From: Amphiscolops sp. MND2022
Taxonomy: Eukaryota
NCBI GenBank assembly: GCA_964187785.1
Contig: OZ076420.1
Location: 41,354,001 to 41,418,000, forward strand
Direction: 5' to 3'
Length of the DNA stretch: 64,000 bases
Shown here: in pieces, positions 45,881 to 58,200 of the stretch
How the letters are laid out: every line of letters starts with the position of its first letter
How positions within the stretch are numbered: position 1 is the stretch's first letter
Translations under genes and position numbers: made by a program
The notes under the pieces: model-generated
What the model was told of the DNA's origin: nothing
What the model saw: only the letters and a program-made list of their open reading frames with translations
Databases searched by the model: none

Positions 45881-48735
45881 TTCCCAGCGAAAATATCATA
45901 ATGTGAGATATATGCTGTGTATGCACGCTCGTTGTTGTGACGGACTTGTTGAAAAGCTTCAAGGATGTTTTGAATTTGAGACTGGACAACATCTCTGACG
46001 CTGTTTTGTTGGTTTGTCACTGCACTTGGGCTGAAAGAACCATCACAACCCGGTGAGACAATTACATTTATATTTCATTTTATCAAATCAAGATTTTTTC
46101 ATACACGGATTGCTTCACCGCTGTTGTGATTGTTTTTTTTGAGGAGATTGGCACACACCCAAATGTGGTATTCCTGCATTGGTTAGGTTTCGAGGTTGAG
46201 TTGTGATAAAATAAACAACGAAACCTGCATTGCTCTGAAGTGTCTGAAGCCCTCGGGGTTGAGAGACTGGGTAAATTATAGGCTTTGCAAAGGATGGGTT
46301 CAAATAAAATGCACCAATTTATCAAAAACGGAGGCCAGGAGCCTTGCCGATTTTAAATGTTGTAGATGCTCTTTAGTGAACACAATCCCTCAGTGTCACG
46401 ATGATAACTTTAGACCAGACACCCTTTTAATTCAGGCGTTGTTCACTTGAAAAGAGTTCTTAAAAATTCACGGATCCCTCTAGCTGAAAACTTGAGACCT
46501 AAAATTAATGATATTTGTGAAACCCCGACAAATATTGCTTTGTAGTGCATATTGCTCTCCTCTCTAAGCTGTTTTTTGGAAAAGCCACCTCGAGGAGGTA
46601 AACGTCAGACGTCATCACTCAGTGCAAGTTTCAACTAGCGTATTCGGGATGGTGTCATTGAGAAAAGACCGTAACTCGACAGAAAACCGCAGCAGAAACG
46701 CGAGTTAGATCGACGACTGCGTTCTATTTGCACTAAAATAGACGAAGGTAATGTTAAGGCCGGAATCAGAATGGCGGTAGGCGACGACAAGATTGCAGAT
46801 GGTTTTTCAACCTCGGAGTTTTTCGTCCACGAGGCTTTCATGTCCTTCCCTAATGGCTCTAGTGCAGGGTTGGATGACATTTGCCCCACGTTTTGAAAAA
46901 TTTGACTGCCAAGTCGAACGGGCAAACTGGACTGAATTTTCTCAGAGCCTTAACAATTCTTGTGAATGTGAGTCTCGAAGGAAAAGTACCTTTCGAACTT
47001 CGGCCATATTTCTTTGGTGCGAAACTAAATGCGCTGAAAAAGAATGATGGAGGAATTCGTCCTATCGCTGTAGGCAATACTTTCCGCCGATTATCGGCAA
47101 AATGCGCCGAATACCATGTCTTCGAATCACGTCAGGCAAAATAGGGAAGCCGACAAGTAGGTGTAGGCACCAAAAGGGGCGCTGAATTTGCCGCATATGT
47201 TTTCCCTTGTTTGATAGAAAGCCCCCAGCCCAAAAAAACGTATTTTTGAAAATTGACTTTGAAAACGCTTTCAATTCAATTAACCGACAATTCATGCTTG
47301 AGAAAACTTTTGAAATGTACCCTGAAGTTTATAAGTAATCACACTCGGCGTCCAGTCAACCAAGTTTTCTTTTTTACGGTGATTCAGTTATCAAATTTTG
47401 TGAAGGGACCCAGCAAGGAGATCCTGAGTCTCCAGCTTTATTTTCGTATTCCATTCAGGATCTAATTGACAGGTTGGAGTCGAAAACAAACTTATGGTAC
47501 CTTGACAATGGAAATCTAGGTGTTGATTACAGAACCGTTTTTAAAGACCTCAAAAAAATTGTTGAAGCGCAAAAGGCGCTGGGACTCGAAATTAAACCCA
47601 CGAAATGTGAAAACATTTTCTTTGAGGACATCACTGAAAAACGCCGATCGACAATTTTAGCATCTTTCCAAAAAGTTTGCCCCGGGATCAAAACACCAAA
47701 GAAAGATGCACTTATCATTGTTGGTTCACTGCTGGGCCCGAATTCACAAGCAGACTTATTGGAAAAGAAAATCACTGAACTGGAAAAAGTTAATGGCATT
47801 GTTGAAAAACTAGATGCTCACTATGGTTTTTTTTATTTTTTCATGTTGAAAAATTGCTTCAGTCTGCCAAAGTTGTTGTACTTCCTGAGAACCAGTACAT
47901 GTTTAAATCACCCAGCTCTCTTGGAAATGTGACGGAACCATACGCGGCGGGCTTTCCAAAGTGTGTAACGTGAACGTCGACGATATTTCGAGTACTCAGC
48001 TGGCTCTGCACGCTAAAATGGCTGGTCGTGGGGTGTTGCCTGCTTGTCATGGGGCATCTGCATCATTATTAGCACTTCCCGCCTTTTTGGCCTCATCTTT
48101 TGGTGCGAGTGACTTTCTCACGACGATTTTCTCGAAAGCTTTCGAAGATGTTTCATTTACAAAAGCGCTTGAGAAATTGTTGTTTGACGAATGAACAAGA
48201 AAGTCCTCTCAATGAAACCCAGAAAAATTGGACACAATCTGTCTTCGTCACAACCGCCCAAGAATTGATTTATAGAATGGATGACAAACGTTCGAAAGTT
48301 TTCAACGCTCATCCAGGCAAACTCGTGTCTCAATGGCTGAACGTCGTTCCTTGTAAGAACCTAGGAATGAAACTTGATGATCAGCAACTTCGGTTTTCAA
48401 TTGGTTTACGTCTCGGAGCCAACATTTCCGTTGCGCAGACGTGCCACTGTGATGAAAAAGTTGAACGGGACGGTTTACACGGTCTTTCTTGCACCAAGAA
48501 TGCTGGTCGCTTCTCACGTCATGCTACTCTCAATTCTGTCATAAAGCAGACGTTGGGATCTCTCGACTTGCATTCAATGCTGGAACCGCGTGAACTAAAC
48601 CGAACCGATGGCAAACGCCCAGACGGTGTTACCATGATTCCTTAGAAATGGGTAAACAGCTGGTGTGGGATATCACGGTTGTGGATGCTCTTGCACCCAG
48701 TCGCCTGAATCAAGGCTCTTAATGCAACCCGGGAA

Positions 48736-49774
48736 GGGGCAGGGACATCTCGTCGCCAGCCATTTGGGCGACAAAAATTTCGGTGCAGGGACGTTTCGTC
48801 ACCAGCCATTTGGGCGACAAAAATTTCAGCCCATTTCGTCGACAATAATGTAGCCCAAATGTCCCGTAGACTAAATGGCTAAATATGTTCACATACCCCT
48901 AGTGCCCTAAATGCAGGAGCGAAGCGACGTCCCATGTGGCCATGCCTCAATGTTGCTACTTGGCGAAGGGAGCGAAGCGACCGAGCCATACAACAAATAT
49001 GCCAACCTCTTCAAACATATCAGTTAATTGATCAATTTGATCAACCCATTTGGTCGACACTTTTGTCGCCCATGTGACCGCCGCCATATTGTTGCACAAA
49101 TGGCTGGTGACGAAATGTCCCTGACCCAAAATTTGGATGGGCGGAAATAGGTCGAAGGAACGGGATGGAAAATCAGAGTTAATCCTCAGGTCGACATACC
49201 AAATTTTTGAATGGGATCGAAACAACTCGGATCGAAATTTTTATAACGTAGTCAGATATGTTCACATACCTCTAGTGCCCTGAATGCAAGAGCGAAGCGA
49301 AGCGGCCATGCCTCAATGTTGATACTTGGCGGAGGGAGCGAAGCGACCGAGCCATACAACAATTACAATAAAATTCAACCGCATTCCCTTCGATCCCTGC
49401 AATTCGATCAAAAGGTTCAACCTCTGTCCTTCCGACCAGAAAAATTTGACATATATACAGCCACCCCCAAAATTTCTGCCCATTTCGGTGACCATGAGGT
49501 CGCCCAAATGTCCGGTCAAATATGTTCACATACCCCTAGTGCCCTAAATGCAGGAGCGAAGCGAAGCGGAGTGACGTGCCATATGGTCATGCCTCAGTGT
49601 TGCTACTTGGCGAAGGGAGCGAAGCGACCGAGCAATACAACAAACAGGCTAACGTCTTCAAATATATCCGTTAATTGATCAATTTGATCATCCCATTTGG
49701 TCGACATTTTTGTCGCCCATGTGACCGACGCCATATTGTCGCCCAAATGGCTGGTGACGAAAAGTCCCTGACCC
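48736..49774. mobile_element. Composite MITE family C (GGGGCAGGGAC/GTCCCTGACCC ends) containing a second C unit and a family-B copy
   Basis: 9-bp TSD ACCCGGGAA (48727-48735, 49775-49783); two core-alpha-bearing C units. Confidence 0.85.
49135..49466. mobile_element. MITE family B (core alpha)
   Basis: 9-bp TSD CCAAAATTT; GG(A/G)TGGGCGG and CAGCCACCC ends. Confidence 0.85.
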
Positions 49775-49971
49775 ACCCGGGAACTACCGCCACCGAGGCT
49801 GAGGTGCGTAGAATTGAGAAGTATCGCGAATTGATAAACAATGGATTCATTTTCAACCGGTGGCATTGGAAGTACAGGGTTCTTTAGGTGAGAGCAGTGA
49901 AATTTTCATCACGCGTCTCTGTAAAATGCTGTCGTTTGCACGACGATCATAGAGCTGGCAGCTTTTTGAAG

Positions 49972-50321
49972 GGGTGGCTGTAAATAGGTCGAATTTTTCT
50001 GGTCGAGAGGACAGAGGTCGAACCTTTTGATCGAATTGCAGGGATCGAATGGGATGCGGTCGAATTTTATCGTATTTGTTGTTTGGCTCGTTCGCTTCGC
50101 TCCCTTCCCCAAGTAGCAACATTGAGGCATGGCCATATGGCACGTCGCTCCGCTTCGCTTCGCTCCTGCATTCAGGGCACTAGGGGTATGTGAACATATC
50201 TGACTACGTTATAAAAATTTCGATCCGAGTTGTTTCGATCCCGTTCAAAAAGTTTGGTATGTCGACCTGAGGACTAACTGCGATTTTCGATGTCGTTCCT
50301 TCGACCTACTTCCGCCCACCC
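49972..50321. mobile_element. MITE family B, reverse orientation
   Basis: 9-bp TSD TTTTTGAAG (49963-49971, 50322-50330). Confidence 0.9.
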
Positions 50322-50419
50322 TTTTTGAAGCAGCGGATTTCAATGGCTCTTCAGATCGGCAATGCGTCCTGTGTTCTAGGAACTGTGAGCGACAGAGATG
50401 CGTTCGAAGAAATTTTGTT

Positions 50420-53400
50420 ACATATAGTTTGTTCTTAAAAGGAAAGGAAAGACATTTGATTATTATTCCTTTTCCGGCGAAAACGAAAAAGCGGTGTTGT
50501 GGCATCATTGCCTTGGTCACAACAATTTCAAAAATGTGAAACGTTTGGCTCATCATGTTTCGGGGATGAGCTTGAAACACAGTGCTTTTGATAAACTGTG
50601 TTGTTGTGAAGTTTGCAAAATTTCTAAGTCACGACGGCAACCAGTATCGCAAAAAATGGAGAAACGAAAATCTTCGAAACTTGATCTCGTCTTCACTGAC
50701 ATTTTGGGACCGATGCCAACTACTTCTCTTGGTGGTAATCAATACGCTATTTCTTTTACGGACAGCTACAGCAGGTACTCAGCGGTATATTTCCTCAAAT
50801 CGAAAGAAGAGTGCCTAGATAAATTCAAAGTTTTTTGTGCGCAAGTGGGAACGCCCAGAGCAATCCGTTCTGATAATGGGAAAGAGTACATTCCAAGTCT
50901 TTTCGAAGTTTTTGTATATCAAACCGAATCAAACGTGAGCATACTGCCCCTTATTCGCCTCATCAAAATGGTGTGAGTGAACGTCGCTGGCGAACAACAG
51001 TCGAAATGGCTCGCTGCATGCTAAAAACAGCAAAACTTGGCAATGAATTTTGGGTTCGGGCCTTACACACTGCTTTTTACATTTCAAACCGTTGCCTCAC
51101 AGTTAGTTTACCAAAAGGTAAAACGCCCTTCGAAATGTTTTTTTGGTAAATAACCAGATCTTTCCAATTTGAAAGTTTTTGGATGTACTGCTTTCAAACA
51201 CATTGAAACGCATCAAGACAAACTTTCCGACAAAACCACCAAAGAAATTTTTGTTGGTTATTCTGAGGATTCCGAAGCATACATTTTGTACAATCCTTTT
51301 TCTAAAAAGACTTCGTTTTCTCGCAACGTCTCCTTTGATGAGACTTCTTTTGACTTTTTTGCTGCGCACCCAAGTCAAAACATCCGAGCATTTGTAACCG
51401 AAAAACCGGCACCGAAACAAGTTTTGACTGAAACACAGAAACACTTTTGCGAAAAGTCTTCAGTTCCTATTTTACCGACTGAAACATTGAATGATTTCGA
51501 AACTGAAACAACTCCTTCCCCCGTTGATGTTATTTCATCTGAAAACATTGATGCCAATGAAAGTAGTGCTTTTTTGCGGTCTCGAAATGGGAGAGTTATC
51601 AAACCGCCTGCGTATCTAGACAACTACGTTCTTTTAACGGATGACGGCGATGAGAATCTAACTTATCGTGAAGCAATGAAGTCATCGCTTAAAAGCGAAT
51701 GGATCAAAGCTACTCAAAAGGAGTACGATGCGCTCATTGAGAACAAAACCTGGGTGCTTTCTCCGCTTCCCCCGGGCCAAAAAGCAATTGGAAGCCGGTG
51801 GGTTTTCAAAATTAAGCGACACGACGACGGAACTATTGAAAAATTCAAGGCTCGTTTCGTAGCCCAAGGGTTTTCGCAAGTTTTTGGGAACGATTACGAT
51901 GAAACTTTTGCGCCTACTGCCAAACTTTGTACCTTGAGGATTTGTTTTGCGCTCGCTGCTTCTTGGTCGACTTTTGTTTTTCAGTTAGACGTCCGTTCAG
52001 CCTTCCTCAATGCGAACTTGAGTGATGAAATTCATATAGAAGAACCAGAAGGTTTTGCGCAAGCGGGGGCTAATGGCGAAACACTTTATTGCAAGCTTCA
52101 AAAATGCCTTTATGGTTTAAAGCAAGCAGGGAGGGAATGGAACAAAACTTTAACCCAGTGGTTTTTGAAGAACGAATTTGTACAGTCTGCCGAGGATCAT
52201 TGTCTTTTTCGTTGCGATGGGACTAATGGTTCCCAATTTTTTGTACTAGTTTGGGTCGACGACATTTTGTACTTTTCAAACAACGACAAAATGCTGCACA
52301 ATTTCAAGGCGAAACTCAGCGATGCATTCAGCATCGATGATCGTGGGAAAATGACTTGGTTTTTGGGATGCAATGTTGAACAGTCACGCGGTGGCATTTC
52401 TCTTAGTCAGCGGTCATATATAAAGGACATTTTGCGCAAAAGTCATATGTCTGATTGAAAACCAGTCAGTACTCCAGCTATTCCCCATACGAAACAGTCA
52501 AAATCGGACTGCCCTATCGAAAGTAGTGAAAAGTCACTTGATATTTGCGAACAGAAACAATATCGTAGCTTAGTTGGAAACCTAATGTGTTTGTCCGTTG
52601 TTAGTCGCCCCGATATTTGCTTTGCTGTCTATAACTTAGCACAATTCGTGTCAAATCCTGGTAAAGCCCATTGGTGTGCACTGAAACACCTTCTCCGTTT
52701 TCTCAAGGGCACCGAGTCTCTATCTCTTGTGTATAACCGCTCTGAAAATCTCGAACTTTTTGGTTTTTCGGATTCCGATTGGGCCACCGACAAGAACGAT
52801 CGCAAGTCAACTTCGGGTTTTTGCTTCAAACTAAGTCGTTCTGGTAGTGTTGTCTCTTGGGCGTCCAAAAAGCAAGGGTGTGTGGCACTTAGCTCTTGTG
52901 AAGCCGAGTATGTTTCGTTGGCTTTGGCTGCACAGGAAGCAGTCTATTTGCAAGGCTTGCTCACATTCTTCTGCTTGATGACGGTGGACACGCCTGTTCT
53001 GTTGTGTGGTGACAATCAAGGGGCACTCGCACTGGCCAGCAACCCTGTCGCCCACAAACGTGCTAAACACATAGAAACCCGACACCACTTCATCCGTCAA
53101 CTGGTTGAGGACAAACGTCTTATGTCTCCACAAAAAACAACTTGGCTGAGATCTTCACCAAGAGCCTACCCAAGCCTGCCTTCAATGAGCACTCATCGCA
53201 ACTCTTCGTCATTCTGCCACCCCGATCAACAACTTAACCCTTGCCTCCCTCACAACTCAATTATTTTACATTACTCATTATTGTGTTTATATTATCATTT
53301 GGACTATGACGACTTACAGCTTCTCTTCAACTGATGGATAGAGCCCTCTCAACCGCTGCCTTGACACGACAGATGGTCAAGCACAGTGGTTCGCCATCAT

Positions 53401-53632
53401 CAAACAACAACCCTCGGAGTCTCTCATCGAGCGGGGGTGTTAGAGATCGATGAAGGTCATAGGACCATTAAAGGTCAACCATCTCAGACTATGCCAGACT
53501 GAACTAATTTAGTATATTATTGTTGTTTGTAAACATGTACCTGTTATTTTATCTTCACTTGACTGAATCACTTTATCAACTCACAACACAATAAAGTATT
53601 GACAATAACCACTCTTCACCAATCTTCCGACA
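50420..53632 (+). mobile_element. 5'-truncated Ty1/Copia element (IN-RT-RH) with probable 3' LTR at about 53438-53632
   Basis: WHHCLGH, TDILGP, SDNGKEY, KARFVAQG, LYGLKQA, WVDD, SDSDW, SSCEAEY, KHI in Copia order; frameshift near 50920 and stop at 52456; PPT GAGCGGGGG then TGTTAG. Confidence 0.92.
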
Positions 53633-53685
53633 ACCCAGCTACGACCAGAAGGAGCTGAGGCCCTAATAAAATCCTCTAATCATTG

Positions 53686-54597
53686 GGTAAATGGTCTTTT
53701 GGCTTAATGCCATTTGGCCTAAAGTCATTTGGCTTAATACAATTGGTCACGTGGCCTAATTTTTTAAAGCTAAGTGTCTCGGGTATTGGTCACCTGGCTT
53801 GAAGTCATTTGACTTAAAACCACTTAGTTGAAAACACTTGGCAGATTTTGTCGAATTTATCTTTATGACGTAGTCAGCGTATCATTATAACATGTCATAT
53901 CAAGTACGGATATGTCCCCATTGGGTGGGCGGAAATAGGTCGAAGGAACGGGATCGAAAATCAGAGTTAGTCCTCAGGTCGACATACCAAATTTTTTGAA
54001 TGGGATCGAAACAACTCGGATCGAAATTTTTAAAACGTAGTCAGATATGTTCACATACCCCTAGTGCCCTAAATGCAGGAGCGAAGCGAAGCGGAGCGAC
54101 GTGCCATTATGGCCATGCCTCAATGTTGCTACTTGGCGAAGGGAGCGAAGCGACCGAGCCATACAACAAATACGATAAAATTCGACCGCATTCCATTCGA
54201 TCCCAGCAATTCGATCAAAAGGTTCGACCTCTGTCCTTTCGACCAGAAAAATTCGACCTGTTTACAGCCACCCGTCCCCATTTCCTCTAGTGCCCTGCGG
54301 CCCCTTGGGGCCGCTTATATTCCCATCTTGCTAAGCGAGGTCGAACAGGAGCAAAGACCTAGCGGGAACGAAGATCGCGAAGCGATCGTAGTGGCAGCTG
54401 GTCTTTGCGACGGTGAGGGCGAGTGTGCATACACAGCATATGTCCCACATTATGATATTTTTGGGAGTTGACATATTTATTCCTTGAGTTCGAATGGAGT
54501 TGGCCTAATTTTGTGGTCACTTGGCTTAAAATTTTTAAGCCAAATGACTCGACGAAAAAATTAAGCCAAATGGTATTAAGCCTAGTGACTGCTAACC
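53686..54597. mobile_element. MITE family A (core beta) with a nested family-B copy
   Basis: Perfect 8-bp TSD AATCATTG (53678-53685, 54598-54605). Confidence 0.9.
53923..54273. mobile_element. MITE family B nested in family A
   Basis: 9-bp TSD GTCCCCATT; the empty site is seen in the 28306-28862 copy. Confidence 0.9.
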
Positions 54598-55273
54598 AAT
54601 CATTGCAGCTTTAAAATTTTCTACCAGTCGACTGGGATAGTGGCTTATATGAGTAGTTTGTTGGTTGGTATTTTTGTTACTGGGATAGTGGTTAGTGTGG
54701 GGTTCCGTACGTTCGTTGCAGACCACGGGTGTGTGTCTTCTCCCCCAACATGATGATACGCATGGCACTTGATGACGAGGATCCATGATATCTGATAGAG
54801 GGAAAAAAATTCCCAGAAATATTGTGTTCCAACAGTTTAAAGAGAAGGTCGTCCACCCACACGCTATCGAAAACCCTCTTCGAGGTCATTGTTCAGCAGA
54901 GCAGTCGGCAAACGTAAAAACGAATGTTAAAACATCTATGGTGTCACTTGGAAAGAAATCACAAAATTGTCAGCTCAACGTGGAAATTAGAAACGAACCA
55001 CAAAAAATGAAAGGGTGATTATCCCTGTACTATCTGAAGACTGGTCGAATCTATACTGCTATAAGCAAGTTCTTATGCCTATATTCTTTCAGCTTCGTGA
55101 AATCCAGCTGGAATGATTGAGAGAGGGTCTTGTAACTGTTAGCTTTCAATTTCCGTTTATTTGATAAACTCTCGGAGATTTCCTGGTACTACATCCTTTT
55201 GTTCATAGCACGACTTTTTAATCTGTGAGTCGTTCAAAATACGTCATTTCAGATTGTTTTTGAGGTTTCCCCA

Positions 55274-58200
55274 ATGCCTCCTGTGTGGAAGGTGGCCAGA
55301 TGGACCGTAGCCGTTCCTGTTTATGGTTTGGTTTTGGCCAATTGTGGTGCCTTTGCCACAGCTTGGGGTGCTTGGAAACTTGTCTCACTTTTCTTGCCTT
55401 CGAAGTATTACCACATAGGTGACGATTTTCTCTTTGAAAAATATCAGCAGTTGATCCTGTTTATTCTGGAAACTGTCGCTGGAATTCAGGTGGGTGATGG
55501 TATCTAGACAGACATGATTTCATTAAATGTCCTCTAAAGCAAAAATGTGGTATGGTAAAGAAGCAGCTATCACGATTTATTGTAAGTGATTAAAACTCGC
55601 GCTAAAATGTTTTGATATACATTTCCTGAGTTAGAATGATGTTTACTCAGTTAATTCGTTTTTTAAAAAATTAAAACTCGTGCTGTAGTCAGCTAGATTG
55701 TTCCTCATCTCATATTTTCTTGGTGTTTTAATCTACCGCTGAGATGTACGAAATGCTTTTTTTTCGAAATCTTCAGATAAATGATTCTGATGATCATTTC
55801 TAAAAAAATCGAAAACGCTTAATTGACATTAATTTGTGAAGCCGTTTTTTCAGCTAGATTTTCATTCAAACATATATGAAATTTCAAATACATTTGTCTG
55901 CCTTGTGTAACAATCCAAATTGATGATTATACTGGATATTTTACAACTTTTTTTGAAGTGTGCCGTGGGTCAATACATTGATCGCATTATTTATTGACTG
56001 GGTGATATTATGAAATCTAGCTTTCCATAGATCGTCACGATTGATGAAATGAAAATATATCACTGACCCCAAGATGGCTGAATTATTACAGCTAAATATT
56101 TTGAAGCTAGTTTTTTTTCACTGCAATTCGGTCCCTCTGGGTCAAAAATTCAGGGTAAAACATTATCTCACCAAGTTCGCTGAGTATACGCCTCTCCAAT
56201 GATTTTCATCCAGCACTTTGATAGTGGTATCCAGTTGGTTTTTTTCTGTTTAGTTAGTATTATACGGAGATTATGAAGACGTGTTGAAGAAACAGGAAAA
56301 TATTGTTTGGGTCTCCAATCATCAAAGTTCTGGTAAGTTCAATTTTGGGACAGATGTTCATCTTGCTTGAAGACATCAGCTTTTTTTGATGATTCATTTT
56401 TCAAAACTTTAATTTACTGAATTTTTTTCCTCTGGCTGTTGAAATATGTGGCCTTTGATGAAGCATGTTCGAATATGAAATGAAGACTTCGAAATGGATT
56501 TTCAAGACAGTTTGCCTTGACACATTGAAGTTTTTATCAGTGATCGAGCATATTTTTTCTACAAAACTGACTGTTTCAGTATGAATACATTCAGTTTAAA
56601 AATTCAGGTCTTATCAATAAAAAGAACATAAAAAGACATACATAATTGTTCATGAGTCATTCCATAATGTCTTGTATACTGAGCATTTCGGCAGTTTATT
56701 TGCGAAAGATGATGTCTACATAATAATCGCTGTCTACATAAAGTACTGTTAATGAAATTGAATTCTTTGTTTTCAGCCGATTGGATAGTGTGTGAGATTC
56801 TGGCCCAGAAGCAGAATTCTCTGAAAGCCGTGAGATACATCATGAAGGACTCCATCAAGTACCTGCCTGTGTACGGATGGTACTTCCCTCAACACAATTG
56901 TGTGTTTGTCAGGAGGTCTGGCAGTCAGAAAGACATCTTGGATATCGAAAAGCAAGTCGAGATTTATCCAAGGGATCAGATGCCTGTTAGTGCACCGATT
57001 ATTGTTCACACGTTCTACCGGAAGTCAGAATCCGGCTAAAAACATCAAGTATTTGCTATGACCAGGGATGGAAATTACCAATTGCGTGAGGTTATTTTCA
57101 AGAAATATATAATAGATCATTCAATGCAAGAATATTGTAAAATAAATAGCGGAACAAAAGAAGAGCTTCTTGGTGTTAACAGCCAAAAAGTAGTCGCCCT
57201 TAAATCAGACCCGTTGCAGGTTTGTTTAGTCATTACCTTGACCTAAGTTTATGCTATTCAAATAACTTTTTAAAAAAACATATAAGGACCGCGCGTACTG
57301 AAACCGTGATATGGTGTAAAGAGATATAGAACTTTTTGCCCTTAGTGCATGGAGGGCGTGTCAGTGAAAAGAGTTTGGGTGTCAGTACGCTGCAAGTTGC
57401 AGAGCCTCCTTACAGTGTCAATAGCGGTCCCATAAAATAAATTTGGAAAACATCGGTAAGTGGAGGGTAATTTATAAATTAGGACAGTGTATCTCAAATT
57501 TTATTGCTGATTCAAATTATTATTTTTAATTCTTTGCAGTTGTAAGATTGAGTTCATTCTCTAAAGATGATAATTAGATTATTGATAAAAGCACCACTCA
57601 GTCAGCCATTTTAACCATTTCTAAACAGCCCTATTGCTATCAACTGCATTGCTGCGTTTGAAGAAATGATTGCTCTGGCTAAAACTAATATTTGGTATAG
57701 AGTTATTTTAGTTTTCTAGAAGAAATCTGAATTGTACAAGGAAATCAACGCGTTTCCGAATTGGCATATGTAACAATACCAACAACAGTTTTGACTTAGG
57801 TGTTTTTTGCTCGGTGTGTAATGTATTTTTTGTCGCAGTTCTTGTCTCGAACAAGTTGAAATATATTGATGTTCCACGTCTAGAATGCGTTGATTTTCAG
57901 GTTTGGTTAGTCATCTTTCCAGAAGGTACGAGATACAATCCTGGACGACCGGATGTCATCAAAAAGAGCCAAGACTTCGCCAAAAGTGCCAGTTAGTTTC
58001 CATGCGCAATCGATTGCTCACATAAACCAGCTTCAATGTTGATTCAATAGCAAAATTTGCTCACTGGTTCAGATAGAAGAAAAATTTGAGCAGGTTTCAA
58101 AAACCATAACAGGGTCGTTTGAAAAGTTTCAAGAAAACAACGTTGTTTCCTTTCGTTCAAACATAAAAATGCGGAAATAATAAAAAAAAATTCCCAACTT

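Larger units (their letters stand above)
46190..50400 (+). mobile_element. Degenerate CRE-clade non-LTR retrotransposon with N-terminal PHD-like finger, RT, CCHC and PD-(D/E)xK endonuclease
   Basis: GGIRPIAVGNTFRRL, KIDFENAFNS, QQGDP, WYLD, CHC...DGLHGLSC, RH, KRPDG, QIGNASCVLG; interrupted by MITEs at 48736-49774 and 49972-50321. Confidence 0.88.

Noticed and set aside
48736-48850. CRISPR-like repeat/spacer appearance (also 28306-28440 and 44730-44880)
   Set aside because: MITE subterminal repeats mirrored at the other end; no unique spacers and no cas genes; eukaryotic context.
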